In this document: positions 10,519 to 20,531 of the stretch, one piece after another
How the letters are laid out: every line of letters begins with the position of its first letter
How positions within the stretch are numbered: the first letter of the stretch is position 1
Assembly: GCA_033763315.1 (NCBI GenBank)
Contig: JANRKS010000021.1
Coordinates: 64,001 to 128,000, forward strand
DNA length: 64,000 bases
Direction: 5' to 3'
Source: Deltaproteobacteria bacterium
Lineage (GTDB): Bacteria; Myxococcota_A; Polyangia; Fen-1088
Made by a program: the position numbers and the translations under genes
Notes under the pieces: generated by a model
What the model was told of the DNA's origin: nothing
Seen by the model: only the letters and a program-made list of their open reading frames with translations
The model's database searches: none

Positions 10519-11451
10519 ATGATCCCTGCCACGGCTCATTTCATCTGGTTGGGCCCCGCCTTTCCGTGGTTCAACGTCCTCGCGGTTCGCTCCGCACTTG
10601 ATCGCGGTGAATTCGATAAGGCTGTGATTCATCATGACCACCCACCACACGCCGGCAACTGGTCGGCGTTGCTGGTGGATGACCGCGTGCACGCGCGGCG
10701 AATCGACGTGAAACAAATGTGTGAGGCCGCGGGCGTTCCTGCGCATCCCATCACAAGCTTGCTCAGCGAACTTGTGGCGCCGGCCGCGCGATCAAACGTG
10801 CTGCGTTGTTTGGCGCTGGCAGGCGAAGGCGGCGTATACCTTGATACCGATACCGTAACCATTCGCACGCTCACCGATCTGCGACAAGCCAATGGCGTGT
10901 TTTGCGGCCAAGAGCGCGTGGCGGCACCTGCTCGCTGGCAGTCGCCGGGCTGGCGCCGGACATGGTCCTGGGCGTTGATGGGCGTGCGGCACGCGTTTCG
11001 GGCGTGGCCACGCGGTTATGTGCCGTTTCGTCGCATCGAGCGGCTTTATCCCTTGGCGGTAAACAACGCTGTGCTTGGAAGCGTCCCCCATCACCCGTTG
11101 CTGATGACGCTGTTGGCCGCGATGGTCAACATGTCACCCGAACGGCGAAAGCGCCGCTTTGCACTCGGCACGCACTTGCTTCAACAGCACATCGAGCGTG
11201 AGGCGCACGACGGGGTCCGCGTGTATCCGCCCGACTTTTTCTATCCCCTGCCCCCAGCCATCGCCGATCATTGGTTTCGCAGCCACAGCAAACACGACGT
11301 GGACCGCGTGGTTTCAGCAAACACCCGAGTTGTTCATTGGTATGGCTCTCACCATCGCAGGACCCACATGCAGCGGCTCGATCCCGCGTATGTGAAAGCC
11401 AACGCGAAACAGCAGATGCTAAGCCAGCTGGCGGCGCCCTTTTGTGGGTGA
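10519..11451 (+). CDS. GT32-like (DXD sugar-binding) glycosyltransferase
   Basis: MIP..AHFIWLG, ARSNVLR..AL..EGGVYLDTD, NNAVLGS.P.HP, FFYP. Confidence 0.85.
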   Translation: MIPATAHFIWLGPAFPWFNVLAVRSALDRGEFDKAVIHHDHPPHAGNWSALLVDDRVHARRIDVKQMCEAAGVPAHPITSLLSELVAPAARSNVLRCLALAGEGGVYLDTDTVTIRTLTDLRQANGVFCGQERVAAPARWQSPGWRRTWSWALMGVRHAFRAWPRGYVPFRRIERLYPLAVNNAVLGSVPHHPLLMTLLAAMVNMSPERRKRRFALGTHLLQQHIEREAHDGVRVYPPDFFYPLPPAIADHWFRSHSKHDVDRVVSANTRVVHWYGSHHRRTHMQRLDPAYVKANAKQQMLSQLAAPFCG

Positions 11452-13270
11452 GGTGATGAACCGCATCAGCGCCTGGCTGCGCAACGATCTGAGGGTGCTG
11501 CGCTTTGCCGCTGCCTATGCCTTGTTCCAGTTTGTCTTAAGCTTCTGGGACCTGCCTGGCAGCCACGGTTGGGACAACGATGGCGTCGCCCCACGCGACA
11601 TTTTCGGGGGCCTTGCGAACAACCTTACGCCGGGTCACGCGCACCGCTACCCGCTGTTCCATTACCTTGTCATCGCGATCTTGAGCTGCCCGGCTTGGTT
11701 GACCGCGGTGATCGCCTCACCCGATTGGCACATGGAATCCCTTAAAGCCAGCTTGCTGGCGGTCCCCGTCATGACGGCAGTCTCGATCGTTGCCAAGGCG
11801 CTCAGCGCAGTCATGTCAGGTGTGGCGCTGGTGGCCTTGGCCTCAATCTGTCGCGCTTGTTTTGATCAAGGCAGCGCCCGGTGGGCAGTGTTCGCGGCGG
11901 CGTTGAATTTCTCTTTCTCGTACTACGCCCGCAGCACAAATTTGGATGCGCCGTACCTTATGTGGGTTTGCCTGGCGGTCGATCGAGCCGTGGCGAACAA
12001 AGACGCTGGTCTCACACAAGTGCGCAGCCACTTGATCTGGATGGGTGTGTTTGCCGCGCTCGGCGTGGCCACAAAAGATCAGGCTTATGCGCCGTTGTTG
12101 CCGGTGCTGCTTTGGGCGTTGTTCACCCCGATGGCAGGCACGACCTTCCTTGCCCGCTGTCGGTGGCTGTGCCTGGCCGCTGCGCCCACGTATGCGCTCG
12201 CAAGCGGGGCGGCTTTGAACCCCACCGGCTTCTTGGCACGATCGAGGTTGTTGACGGGACCCAACAACGATCAATGGCAAACCTACGAAGCCACTTTGAC
12301 CGGACTGCAGGCAAACGTTGCGGACCTCGCAACCGCTTTGCCTTCGTTTTGGTGGCCGACGCCGGTGCTGGCGGTTGGCACGCTGGCAGCCGTTGTGTGC
12401 CTCGGCCGCCTTCGGCGCGACCGTCACTTGCCGCAAGCGCTCACCATCGTGCCTCTGATGGCGGGATTAGGAAACCTTGTCCTCTTTGCGTTGCTGGTGA
12501 GACGCAGCGATCATCGCTTCGTTCTGCCTTTTGGCTTTTTCATGGCCATCTACGTGGGGTATTCGGTTCGGCGCGCGCTCGCATGGGCACCAACGCAAAA
12601 TTGGATCGCACCGGTGGCCGCGTGCGCTTTGATGGCCCTTATGCTGCCATCGCCTTTGGCGCTCGTGATCACCCAATGGACAGACGCGCGGCACCCGTTG
12701 ACTGATTGGTTGGCGGCGCATGCCCGTGGCCGCGTGGTGGAGACCTATGGAGGCCTCGTCTATCAACCACACGTTGAGCGACTTACCGGCGTCACGGTCA
12801 ACCGGGTGGAGACATCACAGCCGCGTTTGCGAAACCCTTTGCTCGGTGCCAATGAAGTTTGGGGCGAGCCCTCCGGAGCCGCGGCCCGCGGCGCCGACAT
12901 CATCCTTATCTCGCAAGCGTATGCCGAGCGATTTATCGAGCATCCGTCCGCCCACGGCCGAAGGCGGCCCGCCTGGCAAGCAGAAGCACAAGCCTCTTCA
13001 CAGCGCACCGCCTTTTTCCGGGGCGCGTTGGCGGGCACGGTGCCAGGTTACCAGTTGGCTTGGCAAAGCCGCCTTTCGCCAGCCGTGTCGACGTTGCACG
13101 CGCAAGCACTGCGCGTGCACGGCAGCACAGGTTACGGCTGGCTGGTTTTCACGCGCGAAAAAGCCGGCAGCACGATCAACACCACCAGCACAGCCATAAA
13201 CTCGCCGACCACAGCCGACCATCCAAAACTACGAAGCGCCCCAGAGAACGCCATCAGCAGTGAGCCATAG
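11444..13270 (+). CDS. multi-TM GT-C (ArnT/PMT-like) glycosyltransferase
   Basis: Many TM segments, acidic WDND in first loop, TNLDAP, ATKDQ, HRFVLP; translationally coupled to the GT32 gene. Confidence 0.65.
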   Translation: MGEVMNRISAWLRNDLRVLRFAAAYALFQFVLSFWDLPGSHGWDNDGVAPRDIFGGLANNLTPGHAHRYPLFHYLVIAILSCPAWLTAVIASPDWHMESLKASLLAVPVMTAVSIVAKALSAVMSGVALVALASICRACFDQGSARWAVFAAALNFSFSYYARSTNLDAPYLMWVCLAVDRAVANKDAGLTQVRSHLIWMGVFAALGVATKDQAYAPLLPVLLWALFTPMAGTTFLARCRWLCLAAAPTYALASGAALNPTGFLARSRLLTGPNNDQWQTYEATLTGLQANVADLATALPSFWWPTPVLAVGTLAAVVCLGRLRRDRHLPQALTIVPLMAGLGNLVLFALLVRRSDHRFVLPFGFFMAIYVGYSVRRALAWAPTQNWIAPVAACALMALMLPSPLALVITQWTDARHPLTDWLAAHARGRVVETYGGLVYQPHVERLTGVTVNRVETSQPRLRNPLLGANEVWGEPSGAAARGADIILISQAYAERFIEHPSAHGRRRPAWQAEAQASSQRTAFFRGALAGTVPGYQLAWQSRLSPAVSTLHAQALRVHGSTGYGWLVFTREKAGSTINTTSTAINSPTTADHPKLRSAPENAISSEP

Positions 13271-15555
13271 CCCACAACCGTTGTCAGCGAACAAAGCAGA
13301 ATCGCGCCGCCCATGCGTGCGCACGCCGCACGCGCGTTCAAGCCCAAACCATCCATCGCTCCATACAAGTTCAGCAGATAGTCGGCACCCACGCCGATCG
13401 TAATGGGCACGGCGGCAAAATTGAGCATGTTTACGCGAATGCCAGCGCCCACCACCAGAATCTGCGCCACAAGCGCCACAGGACCAATGACCAACGCCGC
13501 AATCACCACTCGGCTAGGCTTTTGATAATAAAGCACGACAAGCAGCGAAAGCACGAGCAAGAAAACCACACACACCACGCGCGGGGCCTCCGCATGCACA
13601 AGTTTGAACAACGCGGCCATGAAAAGGAACGGCCCCCCTACCACCACCGAAGAAGGCTTCGGCGTGCTCTCGATCGCTTCGGCCAAGGTTATCATGTGGC
13701 GGCCATCGCCGTAGTCGATCGCGGTGGACGGATAGATCAAAACCGTCTTATCGCTGCTGCCATCGCGCTCGATCAGATTGCGCAACAGAGGAGGAGGAAC
13801 CTCGGCGCGCGTGACGAGCGACAAACCTGCATCGCTCCACCACAAGTCGAGGTGTTGTTTGATGTCCGTGGGCAGGTTCTCCTCGTCTGCCAGCGCCATT
13901 TGTGCTTGCAAACGTTTCAGTTTTGCGAAGCGCCGCTCTTGCTCGGCGGCTTTGGGCACGAACGTTTCAATGGTTTCGATGCGATCCACCAACGGTCGCG
14001 GCACATTCTTCAACGACGCCTCAAATGCACCGGCCATCGCTTCACGGTCGCTGGGGTTTGTTGCCAAACCGATGACCGGGTTCACCCACGATCCAAACAA
14101 GCGGTTCATTGTGGCGTCCCATGAGGCGCTGCCCGTCGCCAGGGAACGACGGTTGCGTAGCACCTCCAGGCGCATCTCGTAAAGGCCATGGCGGCGGACC
14201 TGCCAGAGGCCCACACCACACAAAGCCGCGGTCAGCGTGATCAGCGCCAAGGCCGTGCCTTTGGCCAGCCAGGGCGTGAAGAAAAACCTGCGCACCTGAC
14301 GTTCCACAGATGTGGCCTCGGCGCCGAGACGTTGTGGCCGCAACCAGGCAATCGCGATCGGCAAACAAAGGTATGTCATCAGCCACGTAGCGATCATGCC
14401 AAAGCCACCAAGGTAGCCGAACTGCGAAAAGCCTCGAAAGCCCGAGACCGCAAGCCCCCCGTAGGCCGCAGAGGCGGTGGCCGCCGCGCCTAACGTGCCC
14501 GGCAAAGCGGCGCGGGCGGCACCCACGATCGCGAATGGCAAACGTTCCTGCGTTTCCCGACGCCGATAGAACGACAAAAACAGAAGCGGATAGTTGATGC
14601 CGTTGCCCGCGATGATCGAACCTAAAAAGGCGGTATTGGAGTTCAGGTGTCCCACCATCAGGCGCCCCAGCCCAAACGCGAATAAGAGGCCGGGCAGCAA
14701 AGCCGCCAAAGCGGCGACGACGCTGGTTAGGGATCGGAAATAGAGTGCAACAAGCGCCGTCACTAACACGAGCACCACAATCGATGTGGAAGACAAGTCC
14801 GCGATGATCGCATCGTGTTCGTCGATAAAATTGGCCGCGTCGCCGGTGTAGGCCACGTTTACGCCCTGGGGAACGCCGGTGCGTTCAACTTGCTTCTGCA
14901 CATCCGCTTTGAGAAGCCGCGCGGTATCGATGTCAACGTCCGAACCGCGTAACCAAACGATGGCGATGACCGTATCGCCTTCCGGAGTTTCGAGGTACCC
15001 GTTGGGGAATCGATCCTTGGCCGCGACGTCCGCCTGAACCCGCCGCTGCAAGCTCAGCCAATCGTCGTCCTTGTCTCCGTCGTCGAGTGACACGAACAGC
15101 GGATTGGCCCTTGCCTTGCGCTTGTTGATGGCGACGGCTACGTCATCCACGAGCGAGTCGAATTGTTGGGTCGACATGAGCAGCGGTGCCCGCAGGCGCA
15201 ACCACCTGCGCTCAGCCCGCACATCCGCTTGCACCCAAGCAACGCGCGGGGCCCCTGACGCACGCAGATTGGTTGCCAAGGCTTCGATGAATGCACGGTT
15301 CTTCTCGGGGAACTTGCCGTGCGCCACCACCGTGATGTGTCCCTGGCTGGGGATACGGTCGTGGATGCTCTGCAGCGCCCGCGCGGCTTGCGAATCGGTC
15401 GGCAACAGCTCTTGCAGATCGGCTTTGACGCTCGTAAAAAGCTGCACCGTTTGCCAAGCTGGCCACGCGCACGCCAACATCACAAGTGCGGCCGCCACGC
15501 GTGGCGCGCGGCAAACCGCGCGCACGTATTGAGCGTACCAAGAGCTAAGCGACAT
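13132..15555 (-). CDS. MMPL/RND-family lipid exporter, paralog of 7883-10384
   Basis: DLQELLP, IIAGNGINYP, PITIGVGADY; ATG 15555 overlaps the upstream GT stop. Confidence 0.88.
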   Translation of the reverse strand: MSLSSWYAQYVRAVCRAPRVAAALVMLACAWPAWQTVQLFTSVKADLQELLPTDSQAARALQSIHDRIPSQGHITVVAHGKFPEKNRAFIEALATNLRASGAPRVAWVQADVRAERRWLRLRAPLLMSTQQFDSLVDDVAVAINKRKARANPLFVSLDDGDKDDDWLSLQRRVQADVAAKDRFPNGYLETPEGDTVIAIVWLRGSDVDIDTARLLKADVQKQVERTGVPQGVNVAYTGDAANFIDEHDAIIADLSSTSIVVLVLVTALVALYFRSLTSVVAALAALLPGLLFAFGLGRLMVGHLNSNTAFLGSIIAGNGINYPLLFLSFYRRRETQERLPFAIVGAARAALPGTLGAAATASAAYGGLAVSGFRGFSQFGYLGGFGMIATWLMTYLCLPIAIAWLRPQRLGAEATSVERQVRRFFFTPWLAKGTALALITLTAALCGVGLWQVRRHGLYEMRLEVLRNRRSLATGSASWDATMNRLFGSWVNPVIGLATNPSDREAMAGAFEASLKNVPRPLVDRIETIETFVPKAAEQERRFAKLKRLQAQMALADEENLPTDIKQHLDLWWSDAGLSLVTRAEVPPPLLRNLIERDGSSDKTVLIYPSTAIDYGDGRHMITLAEAIESTPKPSSVVVGGPFLFMAALFKLVHAEAPRVVCVVFLLVLSLLVVLYYQKPSRVVIAALVIGPVALVAQILVVGAGIRVNMLNFAAVPITIGVGADYLLNLYGAMDGLGLNARAACARMGGAILLCSLTTVVGYGSLLMAFSGALRSFGWSAVVGEFMAVLVVLIVLPAFSRVKTSQP

Positions 15556-17005
15556 ACGGCTCGTGCAGGGGCGCGGCTTGCAAAGGCAAGCCAAGATCGC
15601 GCAGGGCCTGTTCGGTCTCGTCCCACAAGGGAGCCAACCGCTTGTGGCGATTGACAACCGCGGGCGGCCGCATCAGACCAGCAAGGTATGCGAGCATATG
15701 CGTGACGCTCCACCGTCCCAGAGCACGGTTACGCGCCATGAATGTGGATGACGGTGCTTGAGAGCGGCAGTGTTCGCGGGCGAGCTCAAACGCCTCGTAG
15801 TGTTTCGCAATCGCCCTTTGCGGCGTACACAACGATTGGGCTCGGCGCCGCGCCGCCTCCGAAACAGCGCGGCGGCGAACCGGGTTCATAAGCAATGACA
15901 AGGTGGCCGCAGCGAACGCTAGATTGGCCTGCGTTTCGGGTTGCGGCTCAATCAACATGCCGGTCTCGTCATCTTCAATTTGGTGGCTTACCCCCATACC
16001 ATCGGCAAACGCGACAGCCGGCAAACCACACCACGCCGCTTCACTTATCACCTGCCCATACGTTTCTGACAGCGACGTGTAGACGAAGAGATCCGCGTGG
16101 CGGTACCAAACAGGCGCCATGCTCGCGGCGCATTCCCCAGGGAAGAAGGTGCGGTGGGCCACGCCCAGTTCATGCGCGAGGGCGCGAAACGCGTCGTGGT
16201 CGGGGCCGTCGCCCACCAACGTCAATGTGGCGTCGGGCGCATAGGGAGCGATTTGCTGCGCGAAAATACAGAGCAGCCGAGCGATGGCTTTTTCGCGTGT
16301 ATGGCGGCAGAGCACCAGCAAACGTCCGCCGCGTTTGGCTGTGGGATCGAAGGGATCGCTGTCGCCGGGGGCCTCGAACATTTGTACGTCGATGCTTCGG
16401 GGAATGACAGAGATGGGCACGTGAACGCCGCGGTCCTGCCAGTAGTGCTTCAGCCCCTCCGACAGCACGATCAGTCCGTCGCTGCGGTTGTAGGTTGCCG
16501 CCGCTTGCTTTTCCAACTTCGGAACCGCCCATTGCTCCAAGAACCGGCGCACGCGCGCGCTGCGGTTCAGCCAATCCGGAAGTACGACGTTGTAAACACT
16601 AGGGAGGTGAATGGTGTTCACGCAAAGAAACGGCACGCGCTTCGCCAAACGTAAGAACACGCCATACTCAGTGAACGCCGATCCTGTTTGGCCCAAGAGC
16701 ACATCGAAGTCGGCCTGCACGCCCGCACGCAGCGCCGCCCGCGACGGCAACGGCAGCTGAACACCGGGATGATTACGCAACGGAATGGCCGGCACCATGA
16801 GATGCCGCCGAGGCAACTCACGAGCGGTTGCCAACGGATCATGGGGCCCCACGACGGTCACTTGATGCCCGCGCCTCACAAACTCCCGATAGAGGCGCTG
16901 CGAAGCGAATGACGACCCGTTCGCGTAGGGAATCCTCACGTAGTCATTGAGGATACCGATGTGGTGCGGCCAAGCGGGCCCTTGTGCCTCTTGCATGGGT
17001 GCCAT
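15545..17005 (-). CDS. GT4-family glycosyltransferase
   Basis: NGSSF, EK, LVGDGPD, SLSETYGQVISEAAWCGLP (EX7E motif). Confidence 0.88.
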   Translation of the reverse strand: MAPMQEAQGPAWPHHIGILNDYVRIPYANGSSFASQRLYREFVRRGHQVTVVGPHDPLATARELPRRHLMVPAIPLRNHPGVQLPLPSRAALRAGVQADFDVLLGQTGSAFTEYGVFLRLAKRVPFLCVNTIHLPSVYNVVLPDWLNRSARVRRFLEQWAVPKLEKQAAATYNRSDGLIVLSEGLKHYWQDRGVHVPISVIPRSIDVQMFEAPGDSDPFDPTAKRGGRLLVLCRHTREKAIARLLCIFAQQIAPYAPDATLTLVGDGPDHDAFRALAHELGVAHRTFFPGECAASMAPVWYRHADLFVYTSLSETYGQVISEAAWCGLPAVAFADGMGVSHQIEDDETGMLIEPQPETQANLAFAAATLSLLMNPVRRRAVSEAARRRAQSLCTPQRAIAKHYEAFELAREHCRSQAPSSTFMARNRALGRWSVTHMLAYLAGLMRPPAVVNRHKRLAPLWDETEQALRDLGLPLQAAPLHEPYVA

Positions 17006-17092
17006 TGTTTACCCGAGGGGCACGCCCTCAACTGTGACAATATGGTTCATCAGTAACGGCCCCCGCCCCGTCAATGTCACACAGCTGGCAAA

Positions 17093-18298
17093 TCACGCCA
17101 CGGCGCCCGCGACAGGCTGAGTGGGTTCAAGGCGGCGCGTGCCCTTGTGGACCAACGCTTCGTGATAGGCGTAGCTCAAGCGGCGCAGCACGGCCGGCCA
17201 CGTGAGGTGCCTCAAGATGTACGCGCGGCCTCGCTCACCCATGACTTCGCGATCGGCGCGAGAATGTAGGAGCAGCATTTCCAGAGCGCCCGCAAGCGAG
17301 ATCGCGTTGGCAGCCGTAAAGGTGACCCCGCACCCACTCTTCTCTACGAGATCTTTCACAGCGCCAGCGTCAGCTCCCACAACCGGCGTGCCGCACGCCA
17401 TCGCTTCGGCCGTCACAAATGAAAAGGTTTCGGCGTGGCTCGGCACAACCACGGCCGTGCTTTGGCTGAGAAGCTCGGCCATCTCTTCTCGCCGGGTGAC
17501 CGGCTCGTGCACGCTTAGCCAGGGGCGGTCTTGAGCTGCCATCGTGAGCTTTTTGCGCAAGGGCCCCTCGCCCACGAGCCTCAGCCGCGCACCGGTGCGC
17601 GCGTGGACCGACGCAAACGCGTTAAGCAACAGCGGCAGTTCCTTGTCTCGTGTGAAACGTCCTGCGTAGGTCACGAAAAGTGCAGCACCTGAATCACGCC
17701 GCCGCGGCGCAAACGTATCCACATCCACACCCAAGCCGACGTTGTGTACCCGATGGATGTTGTGCTCGGCCGCCGCGTCTTGCATGTGCCCAGAGGCGAC
17801 CAGCGTGGCGTCGTAGTCTTCGTGCTGCCACGCCGCAAACCGCCACATGACTCCAGACAACACATCCGCACCGAGGTTCCACGGCAGCATCGCCGTGACA
17901 TTTTGGACCACCTGCCTTGGATGGCTGTGGAAGAACCCAACCAATGCCGGTGGAATTGGCAGCGACGCAACGGCGCGCTTAACCATGTACGGCAGATGGT
18001 AGTGACTGGCCAACTCCACAACGTCGGGCTCCAAATCACGAAGCTTTCGCTCAAGGCCGCCATTGAGCGCAAAGCGGCGATAAGAGTCGTTGCCTGCAAG
18101 CAGCGGTCCCTCAAGCTCATGCAGCCAGCCGTTGCCGAACGGCGTAACGCGGGTAACGGGGCCGGGCACAACAAAATGGCACTCCACGCGCTGGGGGTCG
18201 AGAAACCTTGCCTTCTCGGTGTAGTAGCGTTTGATACCGCCACATGAACTCGAGAAGAAGCTGCTGACGTCGACCACGCGAATGCTTTGCAAGGACAT
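17093..18298 (-). CDS. GT4-family glycosyltransferase
   Basis: GGIKRY, GLGVD..TF, YAGRF..DK, PSHAETFSFVTAEAMACGTPVV. Confidence 0.9.
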   Translation of the reverse strand: MSLQSIRVVDVSSFFSSSCGGIKRYYTEKARFLDPQRVECHFVVPGPVTRVTPFGNGWLHELEGPLLAGNDSYRRFALNGGLERKLRDLEPDVVELASHYHLPYMVKRAVASLPIPPALVGFFHSHPRQVVQNVTAMLPWNLGADVLSGVMWRFAAWQHEDYDATLVASGHMQDAAAEHNIHRVHNVGLGVDVDTFAPRRRDSGAALFVTYAGRFTRDKELPLLLNAFASVHARTGARLRLVGEGPLRKKLTMAAQDRPWLSVHEPVTRREEMAELLSQSTAVVVPSHAETFSFVTAEAMACGTPVVGADAGAVKDLVEKSGCGVTFTAANAISLAGALEMLLLHSRADREVMGERGRAYILRHLTWPAVLRRLSYAYHEALVHKGTRRLEPTQPVAGAVA

Positions 18299-18465
18299 CG
18301 TGCCACGACTGTTAGCGCAACGGACGCACATCATTGCGTGACAATTTGGAACACTCGCGCGACAAAATATTCACACGCAAGACGTCCGTCTCTCAACTTC
18401 GTCGCCAGCTCGTTGCTATGTGGTCATAAAAACGTCTTACGTGTGCTGCATCTTGGCCTGGCACC

Positions 18466-19524
18466 GTGAACGTTGAAGCCGGTCTTCAGAATCCAGCGCT
18501 GTCAGCACCGCCCACCATCCGTGGGTGGCGTGTGGTGGGCGTCGCCGCTGGCATCGCTGCAGCCACATACCTTGCGGCCCAAGCTGATTGGAGCAAAGCC
18601 CGGCTGCTGCTGAACCACATGGGCGCTTGGGCGCCTTTGGTGGTTCTTCCGTTTCTGCTAGCGATGTGCCTGGGAACCATCGCGTGGCGGCTCTGCCTGA
18701 TTCAGCTGGGCAGGCGCTTGCCACTTTCTGCATTGCTCCGCGTGCGCATCATGGCTGAGATGGTGATGACCGTGGTGCCTGGCGGCGCCGTGATCACCGA
18801 AACGCTGAAACCGGTGTGGCTGCGCCGACGTTTCGGCGTTGAACTGGGCGACGGCGCCGCAAGCGTCGTGCTAACCAAGGCGCTCATTCTGCAAACAGCC
18901 GGTGCCTATTGGCTGTTGGCGTTGCTCTTGGCGTACCCACGCTGGGCTTCTGCAGGCGTCAGCATCGCTGGGCCCCTGCGCTGGGTTTGGCAAGGCCTGC
19001 CGGCCCTTGCCCTTGTAATGTGCGGCCTCGGTTGGCTGTTGATGCGGACACTCAAAACAGGCAGCGCCATGAAGCTGCTGCACAGTCTGTTCCGCCGCGT
19101 ACCGATTCCACCGCTACAGCGCGCGCTGGCCAAACAAGATCACCTCATGGCCGCAACCCACGGAAGCTTCGTCCGCTTCTTCGGTGACGGCGCCAATGCG
19201 GTGTGGTTGTGGGGCTTTGTGTTCACCCTGGGGCAATGGTTCGCCGAAGCGGTCGAGACGTTCTTGATTCTCCGGCTGCTCGGCGTTCACATTTCACCGA
19301 CGGACGCCCTGCTGGTGGAAAGCCTCTTGTCCACCGTCCGCGCGTTGGTGTTCTTCCTTCCTGGCGGCCTTGGCGCGCAAGAAGTGGCCGCGTTCTTTCT
19401 CTTTCAATTGGTGGGCGTTCCAAACGCAGAAGCAAGCACCACGGCGTGGGCTTTCACCAAACGGTCAAAAGAAGTTTTCTGGATCGTCACCGCAATCGGT
19501 CTCGGCTTGGTGAAAAGAAGGTAG
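18466..19524 (+). CDS. lysylphosphatidylglycerol-synthase TM / flippase-like membrane protein (HpnL/UPF0104-like)
   Basis: Multi-TM, FFLPGGLGAQE motif. Confidence 0.8.
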   Translation: MNVEAGLQNPALSAPPTIRGWRVVGVAAGIAAATYLAAQADWSKARLLLNHMGAWAPLVVLPFLLAMCLGTIAWRLCLIQLGRRLPLSALLRVRIMAEMVMTVVPGGAVITETLKPVWLRRRFGVELGDGAASVVLTKALILQTAGAYWLLALLLAYPRWASAGVSIAGPLRWVWQGLPALALVMCGLGWLLMRTLKTGSAMKLLHSLFRRVPIPPLQRALAKQDHLMAATHGSFVRFFGDGANAVWLWGFVFTLGQWFAEAVETFLILRLLGVHISPTDALLVESLLSTVRALVFFLPGGLGAQEVAAFFLFQLVGVPNAEASTTAWAFTKRSKEVFWIVTAIGLGLVKRR

Positions 19525-19526
19525 TC

Positions 19527-20531
19527 ATGGCGCCAAGAGTTCTCTTTATCTGCGGCTCGCTCAACCAGACCCGACAAATGCACAAAATCGCGCAGCGCCT
19601 CCCTGGTTGCGAAGCCACCTTCTCTCCCTACTACTGCGACGGCCTCGTTGAACAGCTACGGCGCACCGGCATCCTTGAATTCACAATCTTGGGCTGGCGG
19701 CGACGCAAAGAGTGCCTCCGCTACCTGCGTCAGCATCGCTTGCCACTGGACCACGAGGGCAAGCGCGGCCCGTACGACCTCGTCGTCACGTGTTCGGACG
19801 TCATCATTCCTCGCAATATCAAGGCCTCGAGGGTGGTGGCGGTCCAAGAGGGGATCACCGATCCGGAACAGTTTTGGTATTGGGCGCGCCGGATCTTTCC
19901 CTTCATTCCACGGTGGACGTCTGGCACAGCGTGGACAGGCACTTCAAACGAATACGATCGCATGTGTGTCGCAAGCGAGGGCTACCGCCAGCTGTTCGCA
20001 AAGCGTGGTGGTGACGCCACAAAAATGGTGGTTACCGGCATTCCGAACTTCGACAACTGCCAGGAATACTTCATTAACGACTTCCCTCACCATGGCTACG
20101 TTTTGGTGTGCACGTCAGACGCACGTGAAACCCTAAAATTTGATAGCCGCGCGCGGTTCCTAAAGCGTGCGCTGCGGATCGCCGCTGGGCGCCGTCTCAT
20201 CTTCAAGCTTCACCCCAATGAGGATTGGAACCGCGCCACCCAAGAAATTAAAGCGGTGGCTCCCGAGGCACTCGTCTTCACCACGGGATGCGCCGAGGAA
20301 ATGGTGGCGAACTGCAATGTTTTGGTTTGCCAATACTCCACGCTTGCCTTTGTGGGTGTGGCGCTCGGCAAGGAAGTGCACAGCTATTACAAACTGGACG
20401 AGCTGCAGCGTTTGCTGCCCGAGCAGCATGGACGCGCGGCAGAAGAGATCGCCAAAGTGTGCCGCGGCGTGCTTGAGCTCTCACCGGATCATCTCGCAAA
20501 CCCCTTCACTTCAGTGGGAGTGACAGCATGA
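19527..20531 (+). CDS. GT-B fold protein, candidate CMP-nonulosonate (sialyl/KDN-like) transferase
   Basis: VQEG, VVTGIPNFD, FKLHPNE and YSTL resemble the D/E-D/E-G, HP and S-S/T motifs of bacterial sialyl/Kdo transferases; same operon as NeuB. Confidence 0.55.
   Translation: MAPRVLFICGSLNQTRQMHKIAQRLPGCEATFSPYYCDGLVEQLRRTGILEFTILGWRRRKECLRYLRQHRLPLDHEGKRGPYDLVVTCSDVIIPRNIKASRVVAVQEGITDPEQFWYWARRIFPFIPRWTSGTAWTGTSNEYDRMCVASEGYRQLFAKRGGDATKMVVTGIPNFDNCQEYFINDFPHHGYVLVCTSDARETLKFDSRARFLKRALRIAAGRRLIFKLHPNEDWNRATQEIKAVAPEALVFTTGCAEEMVANCNVLVCQYSTLAFVGVALGKEVHSYYKLDELQRLLPEQHGRAAEEIAKVCRGVLELSPDHLANPFTSVGVTA

Noticed and set aside
17033-17080. TGTGACA...TGTCACA inverted pair between the GT4 genes as a CRP/FNR site
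   Set aside because: The spacing is far longer than the 6-bp CRP spacer; may be chance.
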